DNA from: an uncultured bacterium | GTDB lineage: Bacteria; Bacteroidota; Ignavibacteria; Kapaibacteriales; UBA2268 | Length of the DNA: 64,000 nt | Direction of reading: 5' to 3' | Assembly: GCA_942493235.1 (NCBI GenBank) | Contig: OW818676.1 | Coordinates: 345,584-409,583 of the forward strand | Shown: piece after piece, positions 30,180-39,085 of the stretch | Layout of the letters: each line of letters opens with the position of its first letter | Position numbering within the stretch: position 1 is the stretch's first letter | Translations under genes and position numbers: made by a program | Notes under the pieces: generated by a model | Databases searched by the model: none | Told to the model about the DNA's origin: nothing | What the model saw: only the letters and a program-made list of their open reading frames with translations

Positions 30180-30641
30180 ATGAAAAATAGAATTTATATT
30201 GATACTTCAGTTTATGGTGGGTATTTTGATAAAGAATTTACTGCTGATACTATTCCATTCTTTGAATATATTTTGAAAAACAATATTACTATTTTGGTAT
30301 CAGACATTATTGAGTTCGAGATTTACAAAGCACCTGAATTCGTTAGTAGTTTTTATGAATCTATTCCTCTTAGCTTAGTGGAAAAACTTGAAATTACTGA
30401 AGAAGTGTTATATTTAGCGGACAAATATATATCTGAAAAAGTTGTCGGGGCTACCAGTAGGGCAGATTGTCAGCATATTGCTTTGGCAACAATTAATAAT
30501 GCAAGTGTACTGGCAAGTTGGAATTTTAAACACATTGTTAATTTGGAAAGAATTCGGGGATATAATTCTATAAATTTGAGACAAGGTTATCAAATAACTG
30601 AAATAAGAACCCCAAAGGAGATTTTTAATTATGAAAACTAA
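30180..30641 (+). CDS. PIN-domain protein (VapC-like toxin candidate)
   Basis: 'IYIDTSV' N-terminal acidic motif and 'ADCQHIALATINNASVLAS' C-terminal PIN motif. ATG at 30180 with a GAGGAA SD. Confidence 0.6.
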   Translation: MKNRIYIDTSVYGGYFDKEFTADTIPFFEYILKNNITILVSDIIEFEIYKAPEFVSSFYESIPLSLVEKLEITEEVLYLADKYISEKVVGATSRADCQHIALATINNASVLASWNFKHIVNLERIRGYNSINLRQGYQITEIRTPKEIFNYEN

Positions 30642-30819
30642 TAATAACTCTATGGATTTAGTTAAAAATATCAGATTAATTCGTGATGAACTAAATCTTG
30701 AATTGATGAATATGACTTTAGAACAAGAAAAAGTCTTTTTTAAAGAAGCTTTAGCTAAACTTAAAGACAAGAAGAAAGTCCGTTTATCAAAAATTTCTGC
30801 GGTTTTACCAAGCAATTAA
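30631..30819 (+). CDS. Small helical protein overlapping PIN gene 3' end (possible cognate partner)
   Basis: 62-aa ORF overlapping the PIN stop by 11 nt. Charged and helical-looking. No recognisable family. Confidence 0.3.
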   Translation: MKTNNNSMDLVKNIRLIRDELNLELMNMTLEQEKVFFKEALAKLKDKKKVRLSKISAVLPSN

Positions 30820-30977
30820 CTTGATGCAATATGGTTATTAAATATTATATCTGCGGTTTAATTTAGTCAATAAAATATTAATAACAGATATTCATTTCTT
30901 CTACATTAATTAGGAGTTGAATGTTTGCAGTACAATCCTTTTCGCAAGTCTCTTATTTCTTTGAGTAAATCAAGAGT

Positions 30978-31148
30978 ATGTCTTTTAAATCGTTATTCCA
31001 AAATAGTGCTAATGCCACTTTATTTCAGTTGCTTACAGAAGTCTGGGCTATTCTCTTCGCTCACAATGTGGAAATTTTAGATTTATTCAACAGACTACTA
31101 AGGAAATTGAAAAGGCAAAAAAGTATAGAAAAATATATATGGAGGTAA
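30978..31148 (+). CDS. Small ORF (56 aa), unknown; translationally coupled to next ORF
   Basis: Stop TAA overlaps the GGAGGTAAAT SD of the following ORF. Confidence 0.25.
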   Translation: MSFKSLFQNSANATLFQLLTEVWAILFAHNVEILDLFNRLLRKLKRQKSIEKYIWR

Positions 31149-31151
31149 ATT

Positions 31152-31319
31152 ATGCAAACTAAATATGAAATACACTTTGAAAAACAAATGCAGAATCCTG
31201 AATTTAGAGCAAATTATATTATCGCTAAGCAAAATGCTGAAATACAAATAATGCTTGAAGAAATCAAAGAGGAATTGAATCTTAATTACGACAAAGTCAA
31301 AATAACTCTTTGTAAATAA
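31152..31319 (+). CDS. Small ORF (55 aa) resembling the N-terminal segment of HigA/XRE-type antitoxins (no HTH region)
   Basis: Strong GGAGG SD. 'NPEFRANYIIAKQNAEIQIMLEEIKEEL' resembles the N-terminal extension of HigA-family antidotes. The protein then terminates. Confidence 0.3.
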   Translation: MQTKYEIHFEKQMQNPEFRANYIIAKQNAEIQIMLEEIKEELNLNYDKVKITLCK

Positions 31320-31441
31320 GCAATTATTTGCTAAATTTGGAACATCATCATACAATAGGAAACATTGATGAAGTAACTAAATTATTTTATAAACAATTGG
31401 GCAAATTGTGGAAATGCCCTTTATTTTTGTGGGAGGTAGGT

Positions 31442-32584
31442 ATGTTAAATCGGTCTATTCAATTTTTTATATTGTTTGTAATTCTTCTATCAGCCTTAGT
31501 TCTAAAAGCAGATAAAAACACAGACTTAATAGAGTGTTGTAAAAATGGAGATTTTGAATGCGTCAAAGAATTAGTAAAAAAAGGGGCAGATGTAAATGCT
31601 ATTGATATATTTGGGACACCTGTTATACATCTTGCTGCTCAAAAAGGGAATGCTGAATTAGTTAAATATCTATTAAATTTGTGCAGTAAAAATGTTATAA
31701 AACAAAAAGGACATTTGGGAAGAAATATTCTACATTCAGTTGCTATGTCAAGAAATATTGATTTGATAAAGTATATTTTGAGTTTAAATATTTGTAATAT
31801 ACAAGAAAAAGATGACTGGAAATTTACAATGCTTTATTATGCTATTGAGAAAGGAGACTTTGAAATAGTTAATTACTTAATAAACATAGGACTACTAATT
31901 GACAATCAAGGATATATTACGCAGGCAATTAACACAAAAAACATTGATTTAGTTAAATTAATTGTGGAAAATTCGAAAATCTCAATAGATGTAAATTCTG
32001 CCTTTAGAGTGGCTTCAGGTAATTTACAATTTAATATAATGCAATATTTTGAAAATTTCAGAAATAATGAAATTAATTATTCTGATGCGTTATTAGAGGC
32101 TACTGACGAAGGGGGCTATGGTACTTTTGAAGTTAGTGATAAGACCAGGATTACAATCAGCGAATACTTATTAAAAAAAGGAGCAGATGTTAACTTTATT
32201 GATAGCTATAACGGATAATCACCATTGATGTGGGCTATTAGTGTTGATCAGTTTGAAATAGCAAAATTGCTAATAAAAAAAGGTGCAAATGTCAATTATT
32301 ATAATAAAATGAATGGAGCTTATTCATTATCATATGCAGTATCAAAACCAGATAAGTCAATGTATAATTATCTCATCAAAGCCGGTGCCAATCGAGCAGT
32401 ATTAGTAAAACCAAAGCAACGCGAATGGTGGTTCTGCGATAATAGCTATAATTGTATTGATAGAATGAGAATTACCTTTGAAAATAATTCTTTATCACCT
32501 ATATCAAGTGTTACTTTTATGCTGACACTAATATGCGTTCTAAAATATAAAATAGTATTTGGAAATTTAGGAAAAATTACTTAA
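31442..32584 (+). pseudogene. Secreted ankyrin-repeat protein interrupted by in-frame TAA (32219-32221)
   Basis: GGGAGGTAGGT SD plus a signal peptide. At least 7 ANK repeats ('GxTPLHxAAxxGxxxxVxxLLxxGADVN'). Reading continues in-frame after TAA ('NG*SPLMWAI...KKGANVNYYN'). The 3' end abuts IS630. Confidence 0.6.
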
Positions 32585-32602
32585 ATTTGTACTAAAAACA
32601 CT

Positions 32603-33100
32603 ATGAACAAAATAACAAAAGCGAAAGAGCATCTTACTTCAGAAGAAGTAAAAGAAAAAATTAAAAATACAGTCGGTTTTTGGCGAGTGCAGAAATGGTT
32701 AATAATCTATAATGCACTGAACTATCCCCGAAGCTCGACGGAAATAGCTAATCATGTAGCTGTATCAAAGGCATTGGTTCATAAGACTATATCTGAATAT
32801 AACAGGTTTGGTCCCGAAGCCATTGAAACCAAAGGTAAAGGTGGTAGAAGAAATGCAAATTTAACAGTAGATGAAGAACGAGAGTTTATGAACGGCTTCT
32901 TAAACGAAGCTCAAAAAGGGCAAATAGCTACAGTTGCGAAAATAAAAGAAGAATATGAAAAATTAGTAGGTTACCAAGTTCATAAAACAACAATATATAG
33001 GCTTTTAGCACGAAACAATTGGAGAAAAATAGTTCCATTGCCTCATCACCCTAAAGGAGACAAACAGGCACAGGAGGCTGTTAAAAAAACTTCAGTTTGA
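32603..33100 (+). CDS. IS630 transposase N-terminal (HTH) part, orfA
   Basis: 165 aa winged-helix/HTH region typical of IS630 OrfA. Confidence 0.7.
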   Translation: MNKITKAKEHLTSEEVKEKIKNTVGFWRVQKWLIIYNALNYPRSSTEIANHVAVSKALVHKTISEYNRFGPEAIETKGKGGRRNANLTVDEEREFMNGFLNEAQKGQIATVAKIKEEYEKLVGYQVHKTTIYRLLARNNWRKIVPLPHHPKGDKQAQEAVKKTSV

Positions 33101-33660
33101 AAGTAAACCAAATTGTTAAAGAAAAGAGTATAGATAAAAACAATCTTGTAATAATGACTCAGGATGAGGGTAGATTTGGCAGGGTTAACATTCCAAAAGC
33201 TTCATGGGCTCCTCTTGGGATGAGACCCAATGTACCCAAACAAATAGTTAGGCAGTCCTTTTATGTCTATTGTGCTGTTGCTCCAAGTCTCGGAAAGATG
33301 AGTTCCTTGATTTTACCTTACTGCAATACAGAAATGATGAATATATTTCTTGAGCAAGTATCAAAGGATTTTAAAGAAAATCATATTATTATGCAAGTTG
33401 ATGGAGCAGGCTGGCACAGAAGCAAATCATTAATTATACCTGACAACATAACTTTTTTAAATCAACCACCATATAGCCCGGAGGTAAATCCTACTGAACA
33501 CATATGGGATGAGTTAAGAGAAAAATACCTTCATAACAAAATATTTAATTCAATTGATGAATCAATGGATTGTATTTGTATTGGCTTAAACGATCTTTCT
33601 TCTAAGCCAGAATATCTAAAATCGATGACATTTTTCCCGTATTTATATATTGGATATTAG
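33097..33660 (+). CDS. IS630 transposase DDE catalytic part, orfB
   Basis: DDE motif region. Overlaps orfA in the -1 frame. Confidence 0.7.
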   Translation: MKVNQIVKEKSIDKNNLVIMTQDEGRFGRVNIPKASWAPLGMRPNVPKQIVRQSFYVYCAVAPSLGKMSSLILPYCNTEMMNIFLEQVSKDFKENHIIMQVDGAGWHRSKSLIIPDNITFLNQPPYSPEVNPTEHIWDELREKYLHNKIFNSIDESMDCICIGLNDLSSKPEYLKSMTFFPYLYIGY

Positions 33661-33729
33661 AATGCAACTTGGTATAATGTCAATTACATTTTTAAATCGA
33701 TTGTTCTGTATTTTCAAAAGGTATTTGAT

Positions 33730-34128
33730 GCTGTGTGAAAACGTGAAAATTGTAATTTACGTAAGATTGAAAAATAGAATAAGTATATATCAACCTGATG
33801 GTTAACCATCAGGTTGTATTCACGTAAAATGAATTAATTCGAGTTTTTACACAGCCTCTGAAGCGTGGGGTTGAATGAAATGGTTGATAACATTTTGCCA
33901 AATCGTCATTCTGAGTTACTGACCACCCGCTACTCGGCTGGTAAAACAATACAATGACAACTTTGATACTTCAGTAAATCAACTAAAGCATTGGGAATAT
34001 AGCGTTTACAAGAACACTCGAAAAAGTTGTCATTAACAGTGTTACGAAGAATCCAGAGTTATCAATAAGTTAGCTTTATCTGGATTCTTCACTTCGTTCA
34101 GAATGACTACTTTTTAGTCAGCCTCTTG
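33730..34128. repeat. Mosaic intergenic repeat, family 1 (partial B, P' variant, inverted B, H in reverse orientation with ~120-nt internal insertion)
   Basis: P' = caacctgatggttaaccatcaggttg (33791-33816) carries compensatory changes relative to P. Inverted B at 33844-33873. H-left fragment at 33896-33915, H remainder at 34028-34107, outer arm at 34108-34128. Confidence 0.75.
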
Positions 34129-34193
34129 TATAAATTGAAATTTATATAGTTTTTAAACTTACTTGTCATGATATTTCAATTCCTAAAATAAAA

Positions 34194-34232
34194 AAGGCTT
34201 CCCGATTATTTATCAAGAAGCCTTTTTATAAA
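34194..34232 (-). terminator. Rho-independent terminator of propeller gene (aaaaaggcttc-N15-gaagccttttt plus T-run)
   Basis: On the minus strand, the stem is followed by TTTTTTATTTT. Confidence 0.5.
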
Positions 34233-34243
34233 ATAAAATCGAC

Positions 34244-36481
34244 TTAGTTTCTCTTTACTGCAATTTTGCCAACCGAAAATTGCCCTTCATTCGTGGAAGA
34301 AGAAATAAGTAGATATACTCCGTTGCCTACATAATTTCCTTTGTCGTCTCTGCCATCCCAAACAGCTCGATTACCCAGAACCTGAATTGAACGGATGTAC
34401 TTTCCGTCTGTGGTGGTGATGCTAATATAAGTATCTTTTACTAAGCCTTCGATTACCGCATTATTATCTTTTTCAGGATTAAAAGGCTGAGGGTAACAGG
34501 TGATTTGATACTCGCTTTTAGGTTGAGCCGATAGAGTTGAGGCAGAGAATAACCCTTTTTCTGTACTAAAATATACTCTTCCGGATTTTGGGTCTGAAGT
34601 GATAGAGATAACTTTGTTTGTTGTTAGGGCTGAATTCTTTGTACTAACAATTGCCAGTACCTCAGTACCATCAGGAGATAGCACCCAAATACCTTCATTT
34701 GTAGCAATCCATTTATTATTGATAGCATCTACATGAATTGCATTAATATAATTAGTACTTAGAAACGCTACCTTACGTATATAAGTAGTAGAATTAGTAA
34801 TTACCGAGCCTGGATTAATCATAGCGGCTAATCCCTCAGAGGTACCTATCCATAAAGTACCTAATTTATCATAAGCTAAAGCAGTTATTGTATTAGATTG
34901 TAAGTTAGAATTACTGCTTTTGAAATTTCCGCTTACATTTCTATCTATATTTTGGTAGAATAAGCCATGCACATCAGAGGAACCAATCCATTTAGTGTCG
35001 TTATTATCAATTTCAAGAAAATACGGACGATTGATATTAAAAGCATTAGGCATCGGATAGCCTTCAAAAGTATTGTCAGAGTTCCTTTTGATTAATAATG
35101 GAGCGGAAGCATTAGCAAAAGCGTTTAAAAACCAAATAGCACCGGTTCGGTCTTGTTTAAAGCCGGTAGCTATAGTCATATCAATATTAATTGAAAGAGG
35201 AGAATTATTATTATTAAATGTATCGATGGATAATTCATTATCGTAATTTAAAATTGCAAACCCTTTACCCCAGTTGCTGGCATATACCCTATCCTGATTA
35301 TCTATATAGACTTTAAAGTATGAATTGCTTGCCATCTTTGAGACGGTGTTTGTATAGAAATTATGCCAATTAGTACCATCATACATTGTAACACCTTTTG
35401 CGGAGCTTCCAAGACCTGTAGCCGCCCAAAGGCGACTTTTGGAATCTATCTGCATCTCGGTAAATTGTTTAGTAAGAGGTGAATTAGCATCATAGAGTTC
35501 GAGATTTGTTCCGTCGAAAATTCCAAAGCTTTTTTCTTTATAAGCAATAAATAAAATAATACTCTCGGTATTTACAGAATAAGCAAAATTTAAACGTGAT
35601 GAATTTGCATCGTAAAGGGGATGTTTGATATTAATTGTTTCATCATCTGAGATTTTTTTTACATAATAATAAGTAGTATAGCAAAGTGCATTATTATAAG
35701 TAAATATCGATGTGATTGGGCTCCAGACCGGCAACTGTTTAACAATTCTAAAAGTATCGGCTTCGAAAGCGAGCATTAAGCTATCTGCCGTTAAATAGAT
35801 AGTGCCTTCGTAATTAATCATATTATCTAAATTAATGCTATATCTTTTAATTGCTTCTGTTCTTGGGATTGATGTCCAAGAGCCGGGGTCTTGAATAAGT
35901 AAATCTAATTCCGCATAAGCTAAGCCTTCTTTAGTTGCAGAATAAATCTTATTATCATTAAAAAATACGTCATTAATTTCAGTATTTCTAGTAAAATTGC
36001 CCATTTTAGTAACTGTTTCAGTGAAAATCAGCTCATCTAAATCAAAAACAGCAAGTCCAAATCCTCCACCAATAAATGCTTTATTATCTCTGATTTCAAT
36101 GTCGTTTATCTTCAAATTAGTGAAACTTGCTCTGCTGATATCAGAGAAATTAACACATTTGTAGTCTTGGTCTATAATACTAACTATACCGTCTCCTGTA
36201 CCGATAATTACCAAGTCGCCATAAGCACCAATTGCTGTAATATCAGTGCTGATAAGTCCGTCAGCATAACTGAGATATTTAATGGACTTGGTATCAGGAT
36301 TAAAAATTAATACTCCGCCATAAGTGGCACACCAAATTTTGCCTTTTGAATCGGTAACTGCCGAGTTAATATCAGCAAATGAAGAGAATATTTTCCAATC
36401 ACTTAAATATACCATTGAATCTTCGGCATAGGCTAAGCTGCATGAAAAAAGTACAAACAAAAATAAAAATATTTTTTTCAT
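34244..36481 (-). CDS. Secreted beta-propeller protein (two-component-regulator-propeller/Reg_prop-type repeats) with T9SS CTD
   Basis: Signal peptide. Repeated 'T/S..GL....I..I..D..G.IW..T..GL' blades. C-terminal 'GVYLLISSSTNEGQFSVGKIAVKR' CTD. Confidence 0.65.
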   Translation of the reverse strand: MKKIFLFLFVLFSCSLAYAEDSMVYLSDWKIFSSFADINSAVTDSKGKIWCATYGGVLIFNPDTKSIKYLSYADGLISTDITAIGAYGDLVIIGTGDGIVSIIDQDYKCVNFSDISRASFTNLKINDIEIRDNKAFIGGGFGLAVFDLDELIFTETVTKMGNFTRNTEINDVFFNDNKIYSATKEGLAYAELDLLIQDPGSWTSIPRTEAIKRYSINLDNMINYEGTIYLTADSLMLAFEADTFRIVKQLPVWSPITSIFTYNNALCYTTYYYVKKISDDETINIKHPLYDANSSRLNFAYSVNTESIILFIAYKEKSFGIFDGTNLELYDANSPLTKQFTEMQIDSKSRLWAATGLGSSAKGVTMYDGTNWHNFYTNTVSKMASNSYFKVYIDNQDRVYASNWGKGFAILNYDNELSIDTFNNNNSPLSINIDMTIATGFKQDRTGAIWFLNAFANASAPLLIKRNSDNTFEGYPMPNAFNINRPYFLEIDNNDTKWIGSSDVHGLFYQNIDRNVSGNFKSSNSNLQSNTITALAYDKLGTLWIGTSEGLAAMINPGSVITNSTTYIRKVAFLSTNYINAIHVDAINNKWIATNEGIWVLSPDGTEVLAIVSTKNSALTTNKVISITSDPKSGRVYFSTEKGLFSASTLSAQPKSEYQITCYPQPFNPEKDNNAVIEGLVKDTYISITTTDGKYIRSIQVLGNRAVWDGRDDKGNYVGNGVYLLISSSTNEGQFSVGKIAVKRN

Positions 36482-36522
36482 AGAATTAATTTTTAATATT
36501 TACAAAAATGGGTAGAGACCTA

Positions 36523-36990
36523 TCATTGAATAGCCTTCAATAATGAAACCATTTCTATAGCAGTCTGTCCCGCTTCAAATCCTTTATTGCCGGATTTTGA
36601 GCCGGACCTTTCTATTGCTTGCTCAATTGAATCGGTAGTTAGTACACCGAAAATACATGGCGTGCCTGTTTCTAAAGAAACAGAAGCTATTCCTTTGGTT
36701 ACTTCTGCGGCTATATAGTCGAAATGAGGAGTAGCTCCGCGGATAACTGCACCTAAGGCAATTACTGCGTCATACTTCTTATTTTCTGCAAACTTTTTAA
36801 CTATTAAAGGGATTTCAAATGCTCCGGGGCAATAAGCGATTGTAATGTTTTCCTCGACTGCACCATGACGTTTTAATGCGTCTAATGCTCCATCAAGTAA
36901 TTTACTTACTACAAATTGATTCCATCTTGATACAACAATTGCGAAATTTTTACCCTTTGCGTCATAATTTCCTTCTATAATTCTCGACAT
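36523..36990 (-). CDS. ribH: 6,7-dimethyl-8-ribityllumazine synthase
   Basis: 155 aa. '[10 protein letters not shown]', '[10 protein letters not shown]', '[21 protein letters not shown]' conserved lumazine synthase motifs. Confidence 0.9.
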   Translation of the reverse strand: MSRIIEGNYDAKGKNFAIVVSRWNQFVVSKLLDGALDALKRHGAVEENITIAYCPGAFEIPLIVKKFAENKKYDAVIALGAVIRGATPHFDYIAAEVTKGIASVSLETGTPCIFGVLTTDSIEQAIERSGSKSGNKGFEAGQTAIEMVSLLKAIQ

Positions 36991-37142
36991 ATTATTTCCC
37001 CATTTTTAAATTATATAGCTAATAATAATATTTGACGAAAAATCAATAATTCTATTGGTGATAAATTGTATTTTTATTAATTGTCAATTTTGGTGGGCGG
37101 AGGATGCGATTTATAAAGTTATAAAGTTGAAAGTTATAAAGT

Positions 37143-37290
37143 GGGAATTAGAAATTAGGAATTTGCAGGTCTCCGCACTATGCTCTGCGAAGTGCGGCTT
37201 TTCCTCCAACATCGTTAGATGTTGAATATTGGTAGAATGAATTTGGAATCCCCTTAGATATAATAATAGAATATTTTGGGGACTAAAACA
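37143..37290. repeat. Mosaic repeat family 2 copy (inverted orientation): M1 hairpin ccgcactatgctctgcgaagtgcgg, M2 hairpin caacatcgttagatgttg, GGGGACTAAAAC tail
   Basis: Seen in sequence. Reverse complement matches the units at 39.7-39.95 kb. Preceded by ataaagtt tandem repeats (37110-37142). Confidence 0.75.
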
Positions 37291-37298
37291 AAAAAACC

Positions 37299-37335
37299 TC
37301 CGTAGCTAAAGAAAGCTAACGAAGGTTTAATAAAA
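37299..37335 (-). terminator. Rho-independent terminator of lipoprotein gene
   Basis: On the minus strand: aaaccttcgttagc-tttcttt-agctacggaggttt followed by TTTTTTTGTTTT. Confidence 0.55.
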
Positions 37336-37348
37336 CAATTGAAATAAA

Positions 37349-38959
37349 TTATATCATAGAATCAATCATTTTAATTAGAGCTAAGAAACTGTTGGTATTT
37401 GATTTTTTGAATTTAATTCTACAAGTTGAAGTCATTGTTTTCACATCAGTTTCAATTTCAATTACATCAAAAATCAATTTGCTAAAATATTGACCTATCA
37501 TAGGATTTTCACCTGTCATTGATTTAAAGCCTTGAGGGTATTTATTAACATCAATATTTATGTAAGCGAAGTTGCCTTTTAGTAATTTATCTTTATATTG
37601 AGTATTTAAAATATTGTTTGGTGCAGTACCGGCTTTTGCATATTCAAGAGTTTTAAAATCATTTGTAGCTACTAAAATATTATTATAAATTGCAAAGTAA
37701 AATTTATTTGCATCGGGAACTGAAATTTCATAATAATCATTAACTTTAGTTATAGTAGCTTTAAATTCGGAAACTAATTGCTCAAGAATAGTATTATCAT
37801 TAACACCGAATAATAATAAAAATCCAGGAACAGGCTGTGGAATCGGTAACAAATTAATAGCATTAGGATTTTCATTCTTTGTGATATCGGTAAGTGCATA
37901 GACTATCTCACCGTTAAATTTTGAGATATATTTCTCAAGTGCAGAATAGAAAATCATAATTTCTTGTCCCTGAGGAGCATTATCAATTGCCGGCTTTAAA
38001 TCTTCATTGATTATTTTGAACATTTCAGTAATTCCGTTTTTAGCAACGTTCATATCAATTGAAGTAGCTGCTACCATAATTACATCAGAAGGTACTATTG
38101 ATAATATCCCTTTGCTAACATTCTGCTTGTATATTTTTTCAAAGTCAACTAATTTTTTAATATTTTCGCCATATTTTGTTTTTCCGTTAATAACGATTTC
38201 ATCAGTGGCAAAATCTGCATAAGCAAATACGTTAGTACCATTAAATAAAGACTTCAATTTATTGAAGTTCATACCTGAAGCATACATTTGAGCTTTATCG
38301 AATATTGCATTCATAAAAGTCAAATCCATCCACATTGAAATATCTTTTTGATTTTCAGAAAAGCTCTTATAATTTTCGTTAGCGGTAAGACTTTCTTCAC
38401 TTTTCAATGAAGTATATTTCTTGAATTGATTAATAAGATTTTCTTTTGTGTCAGGTTCGGTAGCTATCATCATATATAGCACTTTGTCATTCCAAGCTAA
38501 TAAATTACTACTTTCGGCAACGCCAAGATAATCGCCGATTTTCTCCGGTTCGGGTTTTGTTTTGTCTTTAGTCTGAGCTTTCAGATAGGCTTGGAATTTC
38601 GCCTTATCCTTCATTTCTATAAGTAAACCGCCGTATTTCATGTCTTTAGTCATGTAGTAATAAGCTGTTGATTTTAAGTTAAGCCCAAGAACTTCGGGAT
38701 TGTTAACAAATTCTTCCATTGTCTTAATAGCACTTGGGTCGCCCATAGCCATAAGTCCCTTCAAAGCTCCGTACATTTTTGTTTTGTTAAAATCGGCAAG
38801 CTTGCCTTTTTCATTAAAACTTTTCATATCGAGCGAAATAAGAAGTCCTACATCTTTAGGAATCAAATTTCCGATTTCTGCATTTTTACTTGAGCAAGCA
38901 AGCAAAATTACTGCTAAAACCATCATAGCAATAGTTCTTAAATAAACGGTACTTTTCAT
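37349..38959 (-). CDS. Lipoprotein of unknown function (DUF4836-like)
   Basis: Lipobox 'LLACSS'. 536 aa. Similarity to DUF4836 is a tentative assignment from memory. Confidence 0.5.
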   Translation of the reverse strand: MKSTVYLRTIAMMVLAVILLACSSKNAEIGNLIPKDVGLLISLDMKSFNEKGKLADFNKTKMYGALKGLMAMGDPSAIKTMEEFVNNPEVLGLNLKSTAYYYMTKDMKYGGLLIEMKDKAKFQAYLKAQTKDKTKPEPEKIGDYLGVAESSNLLAWNDKVLYMMIATEPDTKENLINQFKKYTSLKSEESLTANENYKSFSENQKDISMWMDLTFMNAIFDKAQMYASGMNFNKLKSLFNGTNVFAYADFATDEIVINGKTKYGENIKKLVDFEKIYKQNVSKGILSIVPSDVIMVAATSIDMNVAKNGITEMFKIINEDLKPAIDNAPQGQEIMIFYSALEKYISKFNGEIVYALTDITKNENPNAINLLPIPQPVPGFLLLFGVNDNTILEQLVSEFKATITKVNDYYEISVPDANKFYFAIYNNILVATNDFKTLEYAKAGTAPNNILNTQYKDKLLKGNFAYINIDVNKYPQGFKSMTGENPMIGQYFSKLIFDVIEIETDVKTMTSTCRIKFKKSNTNSFLALIKMIDSMI

Positions 38960-39085
38960 CTTTAACCTTTTTTTTTATGGAACAAATAAATTTATGATAT
39001 AGTATCAAATTCAAATGTAAACCAAAAACAAGAATAATACGTTAAATTAAGAAATAAAATTTAATATATAAAGAAAAATATTATA

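Larger units (their letters stand above)
32603..33660 (+). mobile_element. IS630/Tc1-mariner family insertion sequence (orfA 32603-33100, orfB 33097-33660; A7 frameshift site)
   Basis: orfA has an HTH region. orfB has 'QVDGAGWHRS' and 'PPYSPEVNPTEHIWDELRE' DDE motifs. The A7 run (ttaaaaaaact, ~33083-33093) at the overlap is a candidate -1 frameshift site. Terminal inverted repeats were not confidently identified. Confidence 0.75.

Noticed and set aside
32219-32221. In-frame TAA inside the ankyrin gene as possible stop-codon reassignment.
   Set aside because: TAA clearly terminates conserved genes here (guaB, relA, ribH-region genes), so a nonsense mutation or pseudogene is the simpler reading.
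32540-33730. Attempt to define IS630 terminal inverted repeats and a TA target duplication by eye.
   Set aside because: Only weak, ambiguous complementarity was found between the flanks (for example gctgacactaatat versus attgacattatacc). The boundaries are left approximate.
37275-37290. The 12-mer GGGGACTAAAAC (also GGGGACTAAACA at 48055-48070) is identical to the 3' end of the Leptotrichia Cas13a CRISPR direct repeat as I recall it, raising the idea of an orphan type VI CRISPR.
   Set aside because: No repeat-spacer periodicity and no cas-like ORF in the window. The upstream CCCC...GGGG 'stem' is separated by a 25-nt loop, unlike real Cas13a repeats. The motif is part of the family-2 mosaic repeat. 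A genome-wide search for Cas13 would settle this.
36991-37348. Possible FMN riboswitch upstream of ribH.
   Set aside because: No FMN-element consensus blocks were found. The region is occupied by the family-2 repeat and a terminator, and ribH alone is not usually riboswitch-controlled.
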